Shown: positions 43,052 to 52,691, numbered from the stretch's first letter. The stretch is 53,894 nucleotides of DNA from an uncultured virus (IMG/VR IMGVR_UViG_3300028597_000008) (IMGVR_UViG_3300028597_000008), one strand, 5' to 3'. Numbers and translations: made by a program. The notes: a model not told the origin generated them from the sequence alone.

Positions 43052-45109
43052 ATGAGTGAGTTTAAAGAGTTTGGCTCGGCTGTGCACAACGCCTACAACA
43101 CCATTCTGCAAAAGGATGGTGGCGCAAAACAAAACGTTTTTATCGTTGACGTAAACAACGGCGTTGAAGTTGAAGAGGGCGCAGAAACCGTAGAAGGCGG
43201 CGTGCTGTGGCAGCATTACCTCGCATCGTTCCCGGCTGGCACCAACCCAATGTTCCGCGAACGTACCGAATACGATTGCTCGACCTGCCGTAATTTCGTG
43301 AAGAACCTCGGCGCGGTCGTGTACCTTTCCAAAGGCGAACTGTTGACCGTGTGGGATGTTGCCGATCAACTGGAAAGCGAAACCTACAAAGCCGTTGCAA
43401 AATCCATGGCTGCGTTCGTGAAAAAACTGCCGATCAAAATGCCGTTCGTTGTCGGCGAACCGTCGTACGGTGCATCGCAAACCAAAAGCGATACCGGCGA
43501 AGTCTGGAATCACTTTCACGGTAAAGTGCCAGCCATTTTCCAATGGAAGAACAACAACCCGGATTACGTCGGCGAAAAGAAAAACGACGTTCAAGGTCTG
43601 CGCCGTTCGATCACCGAAATCAGCGACGAAGCTGTAGAAATCGTTCTGGAATTGATCGACCAAGATTCGTTGTACAAAGGCAACGAGAAACGTGCAAAAG
43701 TTGCAATGCTGCAAAAACTGAAACGCCAATACGCCGAACTGAAAACCGACGCTGGCCGTGAACGTTTCCTGTGGTTGAACAGCGCACCGCATACCCGCGT
43801 TTACAACGACGTTGTGGGCACGCTGCTGTTGTCGATCACTCAAGGCACTGACCTTGAAGATGCGGTTAAAGAATTCGAATTCAAAACCGCTGGCCCGAAC
43901 TACAAACGTTCGACTGCGCTGGTCACGCAAAAGATGATCGACGCGGCCAAGAAAACCGTTTCGAAACTGGGCATCGAAGATTCGCTGTTCCGTCGCTACG
44001 CCACCAAAGAAGATATCAGCGTAAACGACGTTCTTTTCGTTGACGGTTCGGTTAAACCGGTTCTGCTGGGCGGCGCGTTCGACGGCATCAAACCGACTGC
44101 AAAAGCAACACCGAAATTCGATAAAGTCGAAGAGATTCGCATCGACGATTTCCTGTCGAAAGTTCTGCCGAAAGCGGACAGTCTGGAAGTGTTCGTGAAA
44201 AACGAACATATGTCGCGACTGGTCAGCCTGATTGCACCGGTTCATGCCGACGCAAAACCATTGCTGAAATGGGATAACGGTTTCTCGTGGTCGTACATCG
44301 GTGAAGTTGCCGATGCTATCAAATCGCGAGTGAAAGCCGCAGGCGGTAAAGTCGATGGTGAAGTGCGCGTTTCGCTGGCATGGCATAACGCCGATGACCT
44401 CGATTTGCACATGACCAATGGCCGTCGTGAAATCTACTACGGCGACCGCGAACATTTCGGTGCGATGCTCGATATCGACATGAACGGCATGGATAAACAG
44501 GATCACGAAAATCCTGTTGAAAACATTTTCTGGAACCGCGCAGACGACGTGGCGAAAGGCCGTTATGAAATCGTCGTGCACAATTACCGCAAAGCCAGCA
44601 CCAACAATGTCGGCTTCGAAGTGCAAATCGAAATTCTCGGTGATATGTACAGCTTCGAGCACCCGAAAGATTTGCGTGGCCAAGCACGTGTGAAAATCGG
44701 CACCATTGTTTCCGATGGCAACGGTAACATCACTGTCGAAGGTGAAGGTATCGTGAAAGGCGGCGGTCGCATTGTTGAAGAGTGGGGTATCAAATCGCAG
44801 GAATGGGTGCCGGTTGAACTCGTTACACGTTCGCCGAATTTCTGGAACGATCAAAAAATCGGTACAGACCACTTGTTCTTCATGCTGAAAGGCTGCGTGA
44901 ACGAATCCAGCACTCGTGGTTTCCTGCCGGAATATCTGCGCGACGAATTGCACAAAGATCGCAAAGCGTTCGAACTGATTTCCGCGCAACTGAAAGCACC
45001 ATTCAGCGAAAACCAGTTGAGCGGTATCGGCTTCTCGGTGAACAACCGCGCTGAACTGCAAGTGCGTGTGAAGGGCAGCGTGACCCGTGTTCTGAACGTG
45101 AAGTTCTAA
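43052..45109 (+). CDS. Large conserved phage protein (685 aa) with CxxC and a YfaP/DUF2135-like C-terminal region
   Basis: LW..YL.SFP.GTNP.FRER..YDCSTCR.F; SLAW.N.DDLDLH...LDIDMN...PVENIFW; strong codon bias. Confidence 0.85.
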   Translation: MSEFKEFGSAVHNAYNTILQKDGGAKQNVFIVDVNNGVEVEEGAETVEGGVLWQHYLASFPAGTNPMFRERTEYDCSTCRNFVKNLGAVVYLSKGELLTVWDVADQLESETYKAVAKSMAAFVKKLPIKMPFVVGEPSYGASQTKSDTGEVWNHFHGKVPAIFQWKNNNPDYVGEKKNDVQGLRRSITEISDEAVEIVLELIDQDSLYKGNEKRAKVAMLQKLKRQYAELKTDAGRERFLWLNSAPHTRVYNDVVGTLLLSITQGTDLEDAVKEFEFKTAGPNYKRSTALVTQKMIDAAKKTVSKLGIEDSLFRRYATKEDISVNDVLFVDGSVKPVLLGGAFDGIKPTAKATPKFDKVEEIRIDDFLSKVLPKADSLEVFVKNEHMSRLVSLIAPVHADAKPLLKWDNGFSWSYIGEVADAIKSRVKAAGGKVDGEVRVSLAWHNADDLDLHMTNGRREIYYGDREHFGAMLDIDMNGMDKQDHENPVENIFWNRADDVAKGRYEIVVHNYRKASTNNVGFEVQIEILGDMYSFEHPKDLRGQARVKIGTIVSDGNGNITVEGEGIVKGGGRIVEEWGIKSQEWVPVELVTRSPNFWNDQKIGTDHLFFMLKGCVNESSTRGFLPEYLRDELHKDRKAFELISAQLKAPFSENQLSGIGFSVNNRAELQVRVKGSVTRVLNVKF

Positions 45110-45132
45110 GCACCAGCACCGACGAAATTTAA

Positions 45133-45140
45133 ACTGTAAA
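45133..45140 (+). promoter_or_regulatory. ACTGTAAA motif, candidate phage-specific promoter
   Basis: Intergenic, 30 nt upstream of ATG 45171. Confidence 0.5.
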
Positions 45141-45170
45141 TCCATAGCACAAACCAAAGAGAGAAAGAGC

Positions 45171-45590
45171 ATGACTACTGCAACTGCAAAAGACGTAAAC
45201 GTTTTCGAATACGCTACTCGCTACAAGCTGCGTTTCGAAACCAGCGCGGGCAACCTGACCGTTGAACAACTGTGGGAACTGCCGCTGACTTCGGGCCGTC
45301 CGGGTAAAGCGAACCTCGACGAAATCGCTATCGAACTCAACGAGGCTCTGGAAAAGAGCAAGGGTAAAAGCTTCGTTAAAAACGTCAAGAAAGACGAAAC
45401 TCTGCAAAAGAAATTCGATGTAGTGAAACACATCATCGACACCAAAGTTGCAGAAAACGAAGCGAAGCTGGCGGAAAACAACAAGCAAGCCCAACGCGAA
45501 AAACTGGATCGTCTGATCGAGAACGCCGAAGACGCGGAACTGGCGGGTAAGACCCCGGACGAACTGCGTAAAATGCGCGCCGAACTGTAA
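45171..45590 (+). CDS. Conserved phage coiled-coil protein
   Basis: FE.ATR.KLRF.T..G.LTVEQLWELPLTS motif; helical charged C-terminus. Confidence 0.85.
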   Translation: MTTATAKDVNVFEYATRYKLRFETSAGNLTVEQLWELPLTSGRPGKANLDEIAIELNEALEKSKGKSFVKNVKKDETLQKKFDVVKHIIDTKVAENEAKLAENNKQAQREKLDRLIENAEDAELAGKTPDELRKMRAEL

Positions 45591-45608
45591 TCCAATCCCG
45601 GCGTAAAC

Positions 45609-45640
45609 AAGGCTCACGTTTTTAATCGAACGTGGGCCTT
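45609..45640 (+). terminator. Strong hairpin after highly expressed gene pair (terminator or 3' stabiliser)
   Basis: AAGGCTCACGTT-loop-AACGTGGGCCTT; poor U-tract. Confidence 0.45.
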
Positions 45641-45660
45641 CAATTTAGGTACAATGAAAA

Positions 45661-45909
45661 ATGGAATTACCAAACGCGTACGGCCCGATCACGTTTGAAG
45701 ACGGTAAGGGTGAGACGCACACGATGGATCGCCATTCTGGTTCGTTCAGTATCTGGCGGAACAAAGACGGCGATAAAATTTACCACATGGTTGATTTTTC
45801 CGATGGCTGTTACCGTGCAGGTTTGCCTGTGAGTTTGGAAACGCTGAAAGCCTTGCGTGACAAAATCGACGCCTATGTCACCGAAGCAGAAAAGTCGGAG
45901 TCAGTATGA
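45661..45909 (+). CDS. Hypothetical protein
   Basis: ORF tiling. Confidence 0.7.
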   Translation: MELPNAYGPITFEDGKGETHTMDRHSGSFSIWRNKDGDKIYHMVDFSDGCYRAGLPVSLETLKALRDKIDAYVTEAEKSESV

Positions 45910-46274
45910 AACTCAATTGGGAATCGGGCCGACAAGGAACCGGTTACGAAAAACTGAAACTCTTCAATCGCTGGAAGTTTTTCAGTCGCATCAAATGGGA
46001 TTTGTACGTACTACGTTATCCTGTCGGTTCCACAATCCCACGGCACCGCGACCCGGTTCCAAATCACAAGCATTACCGGCTGAACATTTATTTGTGGAAT
46101 GCCAAAGCTGGCGGCGCACCAGAACACGATGGTGCATTTATTACGAATCGTTTTTTCACATTCTTCCGTCCCGATCTACACGCACACAGCGTATCGCCTG
46201 TAACCCAAGGCACGCGCTATGTTCTTAGTTTCGGATTTGTGCGGATGAATCCCGAGGTGCAAAATGAAAATTGA
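45906..46274 (+). CDS. 2OG-Fe(II) dioxygenase-like protein
   Basis: LRYPVGSTIPRHRDP (HxD), HSVSPV (distal His) and GTRYVLS (Arg). Confidence 0.8.
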   Translation: MKLNWESGRQGTGYEKLKLFNRWKFFSRIKWDLYVLRYPVGSTIPRHRDPVPNHKHYRLNIYLWNAKAGGAPEHDGAFITNRFFTFFRPDLHAHSVSPVTQGTRYVLSFGFVRMNPEVQNEN

Positions 46275-46701
46275 TTGGGATGCGGTACTGGAACGTATGC
46301 CGATTTACGCATACGAATATGAAAAGGAAGTAGCAGGGGCAAAATCTCCGACCATCGACTACTGGTATCCACACCTGAATCCGAAAGGTGCGCTACCACC
46401 GAAAGGTCACACCGGCATTGACTACGACCTGAGTTATGAGGGCGTGGTGAAAGCGATTAACGAATGGGTGGCCGAAGTTCTGACGCCAAATGAAAAGGCC
46501 GTGTGGTTCGATATGAACACCGGGTTTTTCAGCAATACTTTTACCATCGGTGAATTGCAGAGGTTTGCACCCGAAGAAATCAAGGTAAAGGTTTCCAACT
46601 GGAAGCTGATCGTCTATCGCTGCGAAACTGATCCAGCGTTCGAATTCAGCGACATGATGAAAATCGTAACGAAAACCAAAGAAGACAGGAAACGTCAATG
46701 A
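46264..46701 (+). CDS. Hypothetical protein
   Basis: GAGGTG RBS. Confidence 0.75.
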   Translation: MKIDWDAVLERMPIYAYEYEKEVAGAKSPTIDYWYPHLNPKGALPPKGHTGIDYDLSYEGVVKAINEWVAEVLTPNEKAVWFDMNTGFFSNTFTIGELQRFAPEEIKVKVSNWKLIVYRCETDPAFEFSDMMKIVTKTKEDRKRQ

Positions 46702-47108
46702 TTATTGTAAGTGCAGTTTTCAACACCATAGGCGGGCACAAATCCGTTGAACTGGTACGTGGCCGCGTTGGCGAAAACGTTGCAGCAAAAGCCAAAGCTG
46801 CGCTGGATGATTTGTACGCTCGCAAAAAGCGTGACCCTTACGATTTCGTCAAAACCGAAACCGAAGAAATCAAAATCAATGTGAAAGACTGCTTCGATCA
46901 TCGCGGCCAACTGATTCCCGAATCGGATGCGGATTTCCTGTTCGATGCGTTCGGCCTTATCAACGACGAAATCAGTTCTGAACTTCGTTCGTACATGATG
47001 CAACCGGGCCGTATGCCTCTCGCCTGTACCGATCTGGCGCGCCTGTTCTTTGCTGTCGAAGCACAGCGTATCGCTAACCTGCCAGCAGAAACGTTCTTCA
47101 AAAAGTAA
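46698..47108 (+). CDS. Hypothetical protein
   Basis: ATGA overlap. Confidence 0.75.
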   Translation: MIIVSAVFNTIGGHKSVELVRGRVGENVAAKAKAALDDLYARKKRDPYDFVKTETEEIKINVKDCFDHRGQLIPESDADFLFDAFGLINDEISSELRSYMMQPGRMPLACTDLARLFFAVEAQRIANLPAETFFKK

Positions 47109-47116
47109 GGTGAAAC

Positions 47117-47308
47117 ATGGAACGCACCTACATACAGGAATGCAATTACAAACCCGAAGAAGTTTACGTGCAAGTACAAAACAACGGCAATTGCATGATT
47201 GATTTGTCGGTCGTGGTTGACGGTGTTGAAATACTTGGCATGGAAACCAATCAGTCTTCGATTCGTGATTTGCGCGATAGTCTCAATCGCATATTGGGTG
47301 ATGAATGA
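47117..47308 (+). CDS. Small hypothetical protein
   Basis: AAGGTG RBS. Confidence 0.7.
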   Translation: MERTYIQECNYKPEEVYVQVQNNGNCMIDLSVVVDGVEILGMETNQSSIRDLRDSLNRILGDE

Positions 47309-47691
47309 AAGCGAAAGTCACCGCAGTGCAGCGTTTGAAGTGGCGCCAGCTTGCATACCCGATGCACTATGTTGGTCGGCACAAATGCACGTTTCGTTTA
47401 GCTACTATGCTGGAACGGAAAATCGTTGTTTCATCTATCGGCGAGTATCGGCCAGACCTTGAAAGAGGTGACGTCACAATGGCGGGCCTTGGCGGCGCAC
47501 TGTCCGAGGCAGAAGAACGCTATTACGAAACGTATGTTTTTCGCATTGAAAGTTTCGCAAACGATGGTGTGCCTATCATCGGTAAACAGTTGGACAGCAC
47601 ACGGTGCCGCACGGCTGGTGAAGCCTACAAAGCCCACGAAGAAATGTGCGTGAAATTTCAACTGGAACTGAACATGGGTATGCACCGATGA
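47305..47691 (+). CDS. Hypothetical protein
   Basis: ATGA overlap; YYETYVF...A..AHEEMC motif. Confidence 0.7.
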   Translation: MKAKVTAVQRLKWRQLAYPMHYVGRHKCTFRLATMLERKIVVSSIGEYRPDLERGDVTMAGLGGALSEAEERYYETYVFRIESFANDGVPIIGKQLDSTRCRTAGEAYKAHEEMCVKFQLELNMGMHR

Positions 47692-48152
47692 ACGTACGCC
47701 TTAAAAGCATTCGTAGGTTGCGGGATGCCTTGCGCGACTACGTTGAAGAAAACACATCTGTCGTAGAAAAGTATTCCGGCAAAGATACGTACGAGCGGTT
47801 GAATAGTAATTGTGTTGTGCCTGAAAAGACAGCGGGCATGTGGCGCGAAAAACCCCGTGTTACGTCGAAAGAGCAGTTGCCCTTTCCGGTCGCACTCAAA
47901 CTAAAAACGTTTGATGTTGATGCCTTCCTGAAAAAACTTTCCAGTGTAGAAAATAAAGCGCAATGTCGCCACTTCAAAGGCTGGAGTACGCATCGGTGGG
48001 ACGGTTCGAAAAACGGTTCTGCTGATTACAAATATAAAGGATGGGTGTGGCCTTCGGGTTATCGTACCTATATCGAACAGGGCGTTTTGCCGTCCGCTGC
48101 GTTCTTCGAATTCATCATGGGCCACTCACTCAAAGGATTACCGAAGTTATGA
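47688..48152 (+). CDS. Hypothetical protein
   Basis: ATGA overlap; Y.GW.WP.GY..YI...V.PS..F motif. Confidence 0.7.
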   Translation: MNVRLKSIRRLRDALRDYVEENTSVVEKYSGKDTYERLNSNCVVPEKTAGMWREKPRVTSKEQLPFPVALKLKTFDVDAFLKKLSSVENKAQCRHFKGWSTHRWDGSKNGSADYKYKGWVWPSGYRTYIEQGVLPSAAFFEFIMGHSLKGLPKL

Positions 48153-48565
48153 GTTTCGTAGTCGAATCCTTTTCTGCAAACTACACGTTGACCACCATGC
48201 CAATTCGCAAAGGCTGGGGCAACGGTGCAGTTCAGCTAGAACATTTCCTAAACATCTTCCGCGCAGCACGTGGCATGGAAGACGTGAAGTTTGTTGATCC
48301 CGGTTTGGGTTGGGATAGCAACCAATACGACGGCAAAGTTTGCGTTGGTATTTTCGAAATCTTCACGCTGGTTGGACAAGTGCCTGAAATTTCCCGCTTC
48401 GGTATGGTCGCCAGTAACACGCACTGGATTGAGCATCGTGCGGTAGAATTCATGATTAAACATCGTCAAACAAATCCTGACGGTTCTGGTATTCGCCCAA
48501 CGGTTGCAGCCGCACCGCACTGGTTGGTTTATCCGATTGAATTGCCGAAAGACGGAATGCTGTAA
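48149..48565 (+). CDS. Hypothetical protein
   Basis: ATGA overlap. Confidence 0.7.
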   Translation: MSFVVESFSANYTLTTMPIRKGWGNGAVQLEHFLNIFRAARGMEDVKFVDPGLGWDSNQYDGKVCVGIFEIFTLVGQVPEISRFGMVASNTHWIEHRAVEFMIKHRQTNPDGSGIRPTVAAAPHWLVYPIELPKDGML

Positions 48566-48909
48566 TGGGCGGTTCATTCGGCGGCATGATGATGCGCGTT
48601 GCAAACAGCATGGGCATGGGTTTGTACAGAAGCGATGGACATTCACACGAACCTGTATCCGAAAGCTGGTCGCAACAAATTGATAACGAAACCGATGGCG
48701 CACTAAAAGACATTCAACTCAAGCACGAACGCGCACGTCGTTTGGCGATTCTCAAATTCGCTCAAGGGCTTCACGAAAACCGAAAGGAATTTGTTGAGGC
48801 GGGTTTGATACTCCCCACGGATAACACGTACATGCAGATTATTTGTCGTGCACACGGAATCCCTTTTCGCAAACGTAAAACAAGGAAAGAACGCTATGGT
48901 ACATCCTGA
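48565..48909 (+). CDS. Hypothetical protein
   Basis: TAATG overlap. Confidence 0.7.
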   Translation: MGGSFGGMMMRVANSMGMGLYRSDGHSHEPVSESWSQQIDNETDGALKDIQLKHERARRLAILKFAQGLHENRKEFVEAGLILPTDNTYMQIICRAHGIPFRKRKTRKERYGTS

Positions 48910-49162
48910 GAAAGGCGATCACCGCAATCATCCCGGCTTCACCAACGGCCTGTGCCCGCTACGCATTACTGTAAATGCATCACGTGGCGGCACCAGTCAC
49001 AACGGTTACGCTTGTTCGCACACGGGCGGTCACTGTGTTGCAGATGAACACTGCAAAAAGCGTGTGAAAGATCACGAAGAGGATCAAGAACGTCACGCGC
49101 ACATTTACGCACTGATGGAACAACACCATGCAGCCAAAGAGGAAATGCGTCGATGGGACTGA
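48896..49162 (+). CDS. Small Cys/His-rich protein
   Basis: AAGGA RBS. Confidence 0.65.
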   Translation: MVHPEKGDHRNHPGFTNGLCPLRITVNASRGGTSHNGYACSHTGGHCVADEHCKKRVKDHEEDQERHAHIYALMEQHHAAKEEMRRWD

Positions 49163-49530
49163 AAGCGTTTGATGTGACTTTTAATCTGTATCGCAAGGAT
49201 CACGTATTGGCGATGCACTCAAGCTGTACGGTATTAGCGAAGTCGCAACGCATCACCGATTTGTTCCCTGCGATTTACGAACTCATTCAAAAAACGAACC
49301 CGCAGACAACGAGCGACAAATATCCAAATCTGAATTTGCTATACGTTTACGAACACAAATATTCTGATATGTCTGCGTACGAGCAAGGCCAGTACAGCGC
49401 ACGACACGGCACGGACAGCATTATGGGAAATCCATATGTGCAAAACGGTGTGCAGCAACCGGAAGCCGATGAGTGGCACAACGGTTTCACCGAAGAACAT
49501 CGACGAATTCACGGTGCTAAAAATGACTGA
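49153..49530 (+). CDS. Hypothetical protein with C-terminal AY..G...NPY...W..GF motif
   Basis: GAGGA RBS. Confidence 0.7.
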   Translation: MGLKAFDVTFNLYRKDHVLAMHSSCTVLAKSQRITDLFPAIYELIQKTNPQTTSDKYPNLNLLYVYEHKYSDMSAYEQGQYSARHGTDSIMGNPYVQNGVQQPEADEWHNGFTEEHRRIHGAKND

Positions 49531-49828
49531 CATGATACGCATTCAAATTCCCGACTTTTTCGAAATCGGTATCCCGCTCGAAAGCACCGGCAGTCAGCAC
49601 AGCGACTGTAAGAAATGGGCAGCGTTGATTAACCTGCGTTGGGTGTTGAGTTGCTGGGCTTCCGCAATCAACGACGCCTGCCACCACGGTTCGCCACGTC
49701 GTGTAGAAACACACAACAAAATCGAACAGATTTTTGCAGAATTGCGCCCGCATCTGGACGAAGAACAGTGGTATCAAGTGCGTAAAGGTTTGGTTGCCGA
49801 AGAAACAGGCAAGACGTTTTATCCGTAA
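49523..49828 (+). CDS. Hypothetical protein
   Basis: Overlap tiling. Confidence 0.7.
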   Translation: MTDMIRIQIPDFFEIGIPLESTGSQHSDCKKWAALINLRWVLSCWASAINDACHHGSPRRVETHNKIEQIFAELRPHLDEEQWYQVRKGLVAEETGKTFYP

Positions 49829-49870
49829 GAACTAAACGCGTATTTTGCTGTCTAATATAGGATACCCATC

Positions 49871-50377
49871 GTGGTCACAGAAGCTAATAAAGGTTTGCCC
49901 GCCTTCAAAGGTCAGTGTGAGTTACTGCAATCTCTCGAATTCAAAAAGCACATGGCGGAAACCCGAGGCGAGTACCATTCGCCACTTACGGCTTCTGTGT
50001 TGCATAGCGTTTTCCATATTTTGAAAACCCACATTCCAGAACTGATTGGCCGCTACGCACTGCAATACGAAATCCAAGCAGCGGCTCTGTTATTGTGGAA
50101 ACGGTATCGGGACGTGGGCCACCATTCTCTATACCCGGAAATCTCCGTCTGCGAATCCATTCTGTCTCATCAGGAAAATCCGCCCATGCGCCCGTGGCAA
50201 CATATTGGAAGTGAAAAGTGGGAAGCTGCACTCGATAAGACCTTTGAGAAATTCGAAGGCATGAGTCCCGAAGAAATTTTCACACTCGCACGCGAACAGC
50301 AGGAAAAAGGTGAACCCTTTATTCCGCCCGCGTTTGTAGAAGCCTTCGTTGACGACCGGAGCAGTGAAAATGTCTAA
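49871..50377 (+). CDS. Hypothetical protein
   Basis: AGGA RBS, GTG start. Confidence 0.7.
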   Translation: MVTEANKGLPAFKGQCELLQSLEFKKHMAETRGEYHSPLTASVLHSVFHILKTHIPELIGRYALQYEIQAAALLLWKRYRDVGHHSLYPEISVCESILSHQENPPMRPWQHIGSEKWEAALDKTFEKFEGMSPEEIFTLAREQQEKGEPFIPPAFVEAFVDDRSSENV

Positions 50378-50876
50378 GCTCGACCCGTCGAAAGTAAATC
50401 AAGAATCTGTTCGCAAAATCGTGGATATGCTTGAGAATCTGCCCGAGAGTGCTGCCAAGCATAATGCTGCACGAGAAGCCGAGCACCGGATGGATTTCGA
50501 AAAGCATAATCCCTCGTACATTTTTGAACGTGGTGAAAACGGCACCTACAAAAACAAATACGTAGAGGCAGAATGGATCGGCTGGCGCAACTGCCTGCGT
50601 AGCCGCAAAGGCTTGCGTTTTATGGGCATGGAAATTCAACTGCCTATCGAACAACCGAAACGTATGATTGCAATTGACGAACTGTCGGTTGTGTTTGGTT
50701 GCTACATCACGCAACTGCTGGAAACGTGGCCGAAAGATCACGCACGCATGAACTCGGTTTTCCTCAACATTGAGAAAATGTGCATACGTGCTTACTCTGT
50801 CATGGAAGAGGACGAATTCCACTATTTTTCCAGCCGGTTGATCGACAAAGATTTCATCGCCAAGAAAAGGTTCTGA
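50370..50876 (+). CDS. Hypothetical protein
   Basis: GGAG RBS. Confidence 0.75.
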   Translation: MSKLDPSKVNQESVRKIVDMLENLPESAAKHNAAREAEHRMDFEKHNPSYIFERGENGTYKNKYVEAEWIGWRNCLRSRKGLRFMGMEIQLPIEQPKRMIAIDELSVVFGCYITQLLETWPKDHARMNSVFLNIEKMCIRAYSVMEEDEFHYFSSRLIDKDFIAKKRF

Positions 50877-50877
50877 T

Positions 50878-51381
50878 ATGAAAGGTTTCATTTCCATTAG
50901 TCGTCGTGAAAACCCGGAACCCAAGCACGAAGATGCCGAACGGGATTTTCATTTGGAACTCACAATCGGTGACAACGCCAGCGGTCGTAAATTTCTCAGC
51001 ATCAAAATCGACCCGGCTGAACTCGTGAGCGCCATGGCCGGTGGGCACCAGCGCCCGCTTGAATTCGAGTTTGACGAAAAAGCGTTGGCACTCGTGGGCC
51101 GCAAGCGTGAACACAAACAGTTCCGCATTCGCGATAAAGGTATTGACCGTATGGTTGTGCCGCAACGTATCCTCGATGAGGGTTGGCAGTACAGCACTGG
51201 TTACGGCAATTCGCATACGTCGTTCACGGAAAACAACAAACGTTATTACAACTGTTCTTTCATTCGCTACATCGACCCGGTGCAAGAAGATTCGTCCTTC
51301 GACGATGAGCCGGACGATTTGCCGTGGAATGAACCTACACAAAAAGCCCCAAGCGGCAAACAAAGGAAGCCACGTTCATGA
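50878..51381 (+). CDS. Hypothetical protein
   Basis: AAGG RBS. Confidence 0.75.
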   Translation: MKGFISISRRENPEPKHEDAERDFHLELTIGDNASGRKFLSIKIDPAELVSAMAGGHQRPLEFEFDEKALALVGRKREHKQFRIRDKGIDRMVVPQRILDEGWQYSTGYGNSHTSFTENNKRYYNCSFIRYIDPVQEDSSFDDEPDDLPWNEPTQKAPSGKQRKPRS

Positions 51382-51575
51382 TGCAAATGTACGCAATCCG
51401 TGTTGGTCGTGATGGTTATTTCGTATCGTGTGATTCTGACGGCGTGGTTCTCGACCGGGATGCAAACAACGCCGCGCACTACATGAGCCGAAAGGCCGCA
51501 GAATCCGCGTGCAAATCTTTGCTAGATCACTGCGATGCAGTTGTGATTCCACACAATGTAGGTATGGAAGAATGA
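51378..51575 (+). CDS. Small protein with one AAHY module
   Basis: ATGA overlap; YFVS...AAHYMS..AAE. Confidence 0.7.
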   Translation: MMQMYAIRVGRDGYFVSCDSDGVVLDRDANNAAHYMSRKAAESACKSLLDHCDAVVIPHNVGMEE

Positions 51576-51781
51576 AACTCCGAGTGCCTGAAACAAATAA
51601 GGCGCTCTGCATCGACATTGTGGCATACGCCATCATCATGTTTGTATCGCTGACCATCCTACCGATCAAGCCTGAATTTCTCGCACAGTACGGCGGCAAA
51701 ATGAACCTCGTGCTGTTTCAGGCTTTTGGCTATGGCTTCATATTGCAAACAATGCGCGTCATTCGGGGATTTAAAAAGTAA
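51572..51781 (+). CDS. Small membrane protein
   Basis: ATGA overlap; two hydrophobic segments. Confidence 0.7.
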   Translation: MKLRVPETNKALCIDIVAYAIIMFVSLTILPIKPEFLAQYGGKMNLVLFQAFGYGFILQTMRVIRGFKK

Positions 51782-52215
51782 TGGATATTTTGCGCGCCTG
51801 TCATCCGCAAGACCGCAACGTGTATTACGTCTGTGTGAATAGTGTAAAGACAACAAGTAAAGGCAAAGAGGCTGCGCACTATCTTTCCTACAAGGCATCG
51901 CACGCGGCGGCATACCACTTGAGCAACACGGGGCCGACGTATAGTCCGTATGTGCCAATCATTGCAATGGCTGACTTTTATTTATTGAAACCGGGGGATA
52001 AAGATATGGATGAACTGTACGTTCTGCAAAACACTGACGATCAAACGTATTTCGTTTCGGCTTCGTACGACGGTGGCATTGAAACCACTGAAAATATCAA
52101 CGAGGCTGCGCACTACCTTTCCGAAGCTTCTGCCGAAGACGCAAAATCTTCGCTGGAAGGTTTCGAACATACTTACTTCGAAGTAGAGCCGCACGGTTTC
52201 TGGAGCGAAGAGTAA
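51781..52215 (+). CDS. Protein with two tandem AAHY modules
   Basis: TAATG overlap; EAAHYLS occurs twice. Confidence 0.7.
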   Translation: MDILRACHPQDRNVYYVCVNSVKTTSKGKEAAHYLSYKASHAAAYHLSNTGPTYSPYVPIIAMADFYLLKPGDKDMDELYVLQNTDDQTYFVSASYDGGIETTENINEAAHYLSEASAEDAKSSLEGFEHTYFEVEPHGFWSEE

Positions 52216-52691
52216 TGAAAAGTAAACTGATTGAGGTTGACCGCATTGCGGTTGCCTATGCGCTTTACGATTCAGGTTGTGTGCCGTCGTGGTCTACCAA
52301 TATTGCCGATCACTTGATTGCAGGCTACGGCGAACTGGATCACGATTTCGAATATCCTCTGTATCTCATCGACGGTGAAATCCAGAAGTGGGAAGACGTG
52401 AAAGGTTGGCTGAAAACCGAAGAAGAAATGTTGAACGCAATCGACGTAATCAACGACGACGTTGAAAAGGTGAAAGACGGCGGCTACATTCTTTTCGAAG
52501 GTGAAGTTTTCAAAGCGCACACCATCGTGTGGCCGAACCATGGCACGTCAACAACGACTTTCGAATTCATAAGTCCCGACGGCAAGCAACAACTGCAAAC
52601 GAAAGAAGGCTATCTCGCCATGATTCTGAGTGACTGGCATTTGTTCTTTGCAGCCGATGGTGTGGTTGTTTGCGACGTGGATGAAGAATAA
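52215..52691 (+). CDS. Hypothetical protein
   Basis: TAATG overlap. Confidence 0.75.
   Translation: MKSKLIEVDRIAVAYALYDSGCVPSWSTNIADHLIAGYGELDHDFEYPLYLIDGEIQKWEDVKGWLKTEEEMLNAIDVINDDVEKVKDGGYILFEGEVFKAHTIVWPNHGTSTTTFEFISPDGKQQLQTKEGYLAMILSDWHLFFAADGVVVCDVDEE

Noticed and set aside
42806..45172. 788-aa minus-strand ORF
   Set aside because: Antisense shadow of the codon-biased 685-aa plus-strand gene; unnatural composition and no recognisable motifs.
45626..45655. Possible seventh sigma70 promoter (TACAAT at 45650)
   Set aside because: No credible -35 and no conserved leader follows.
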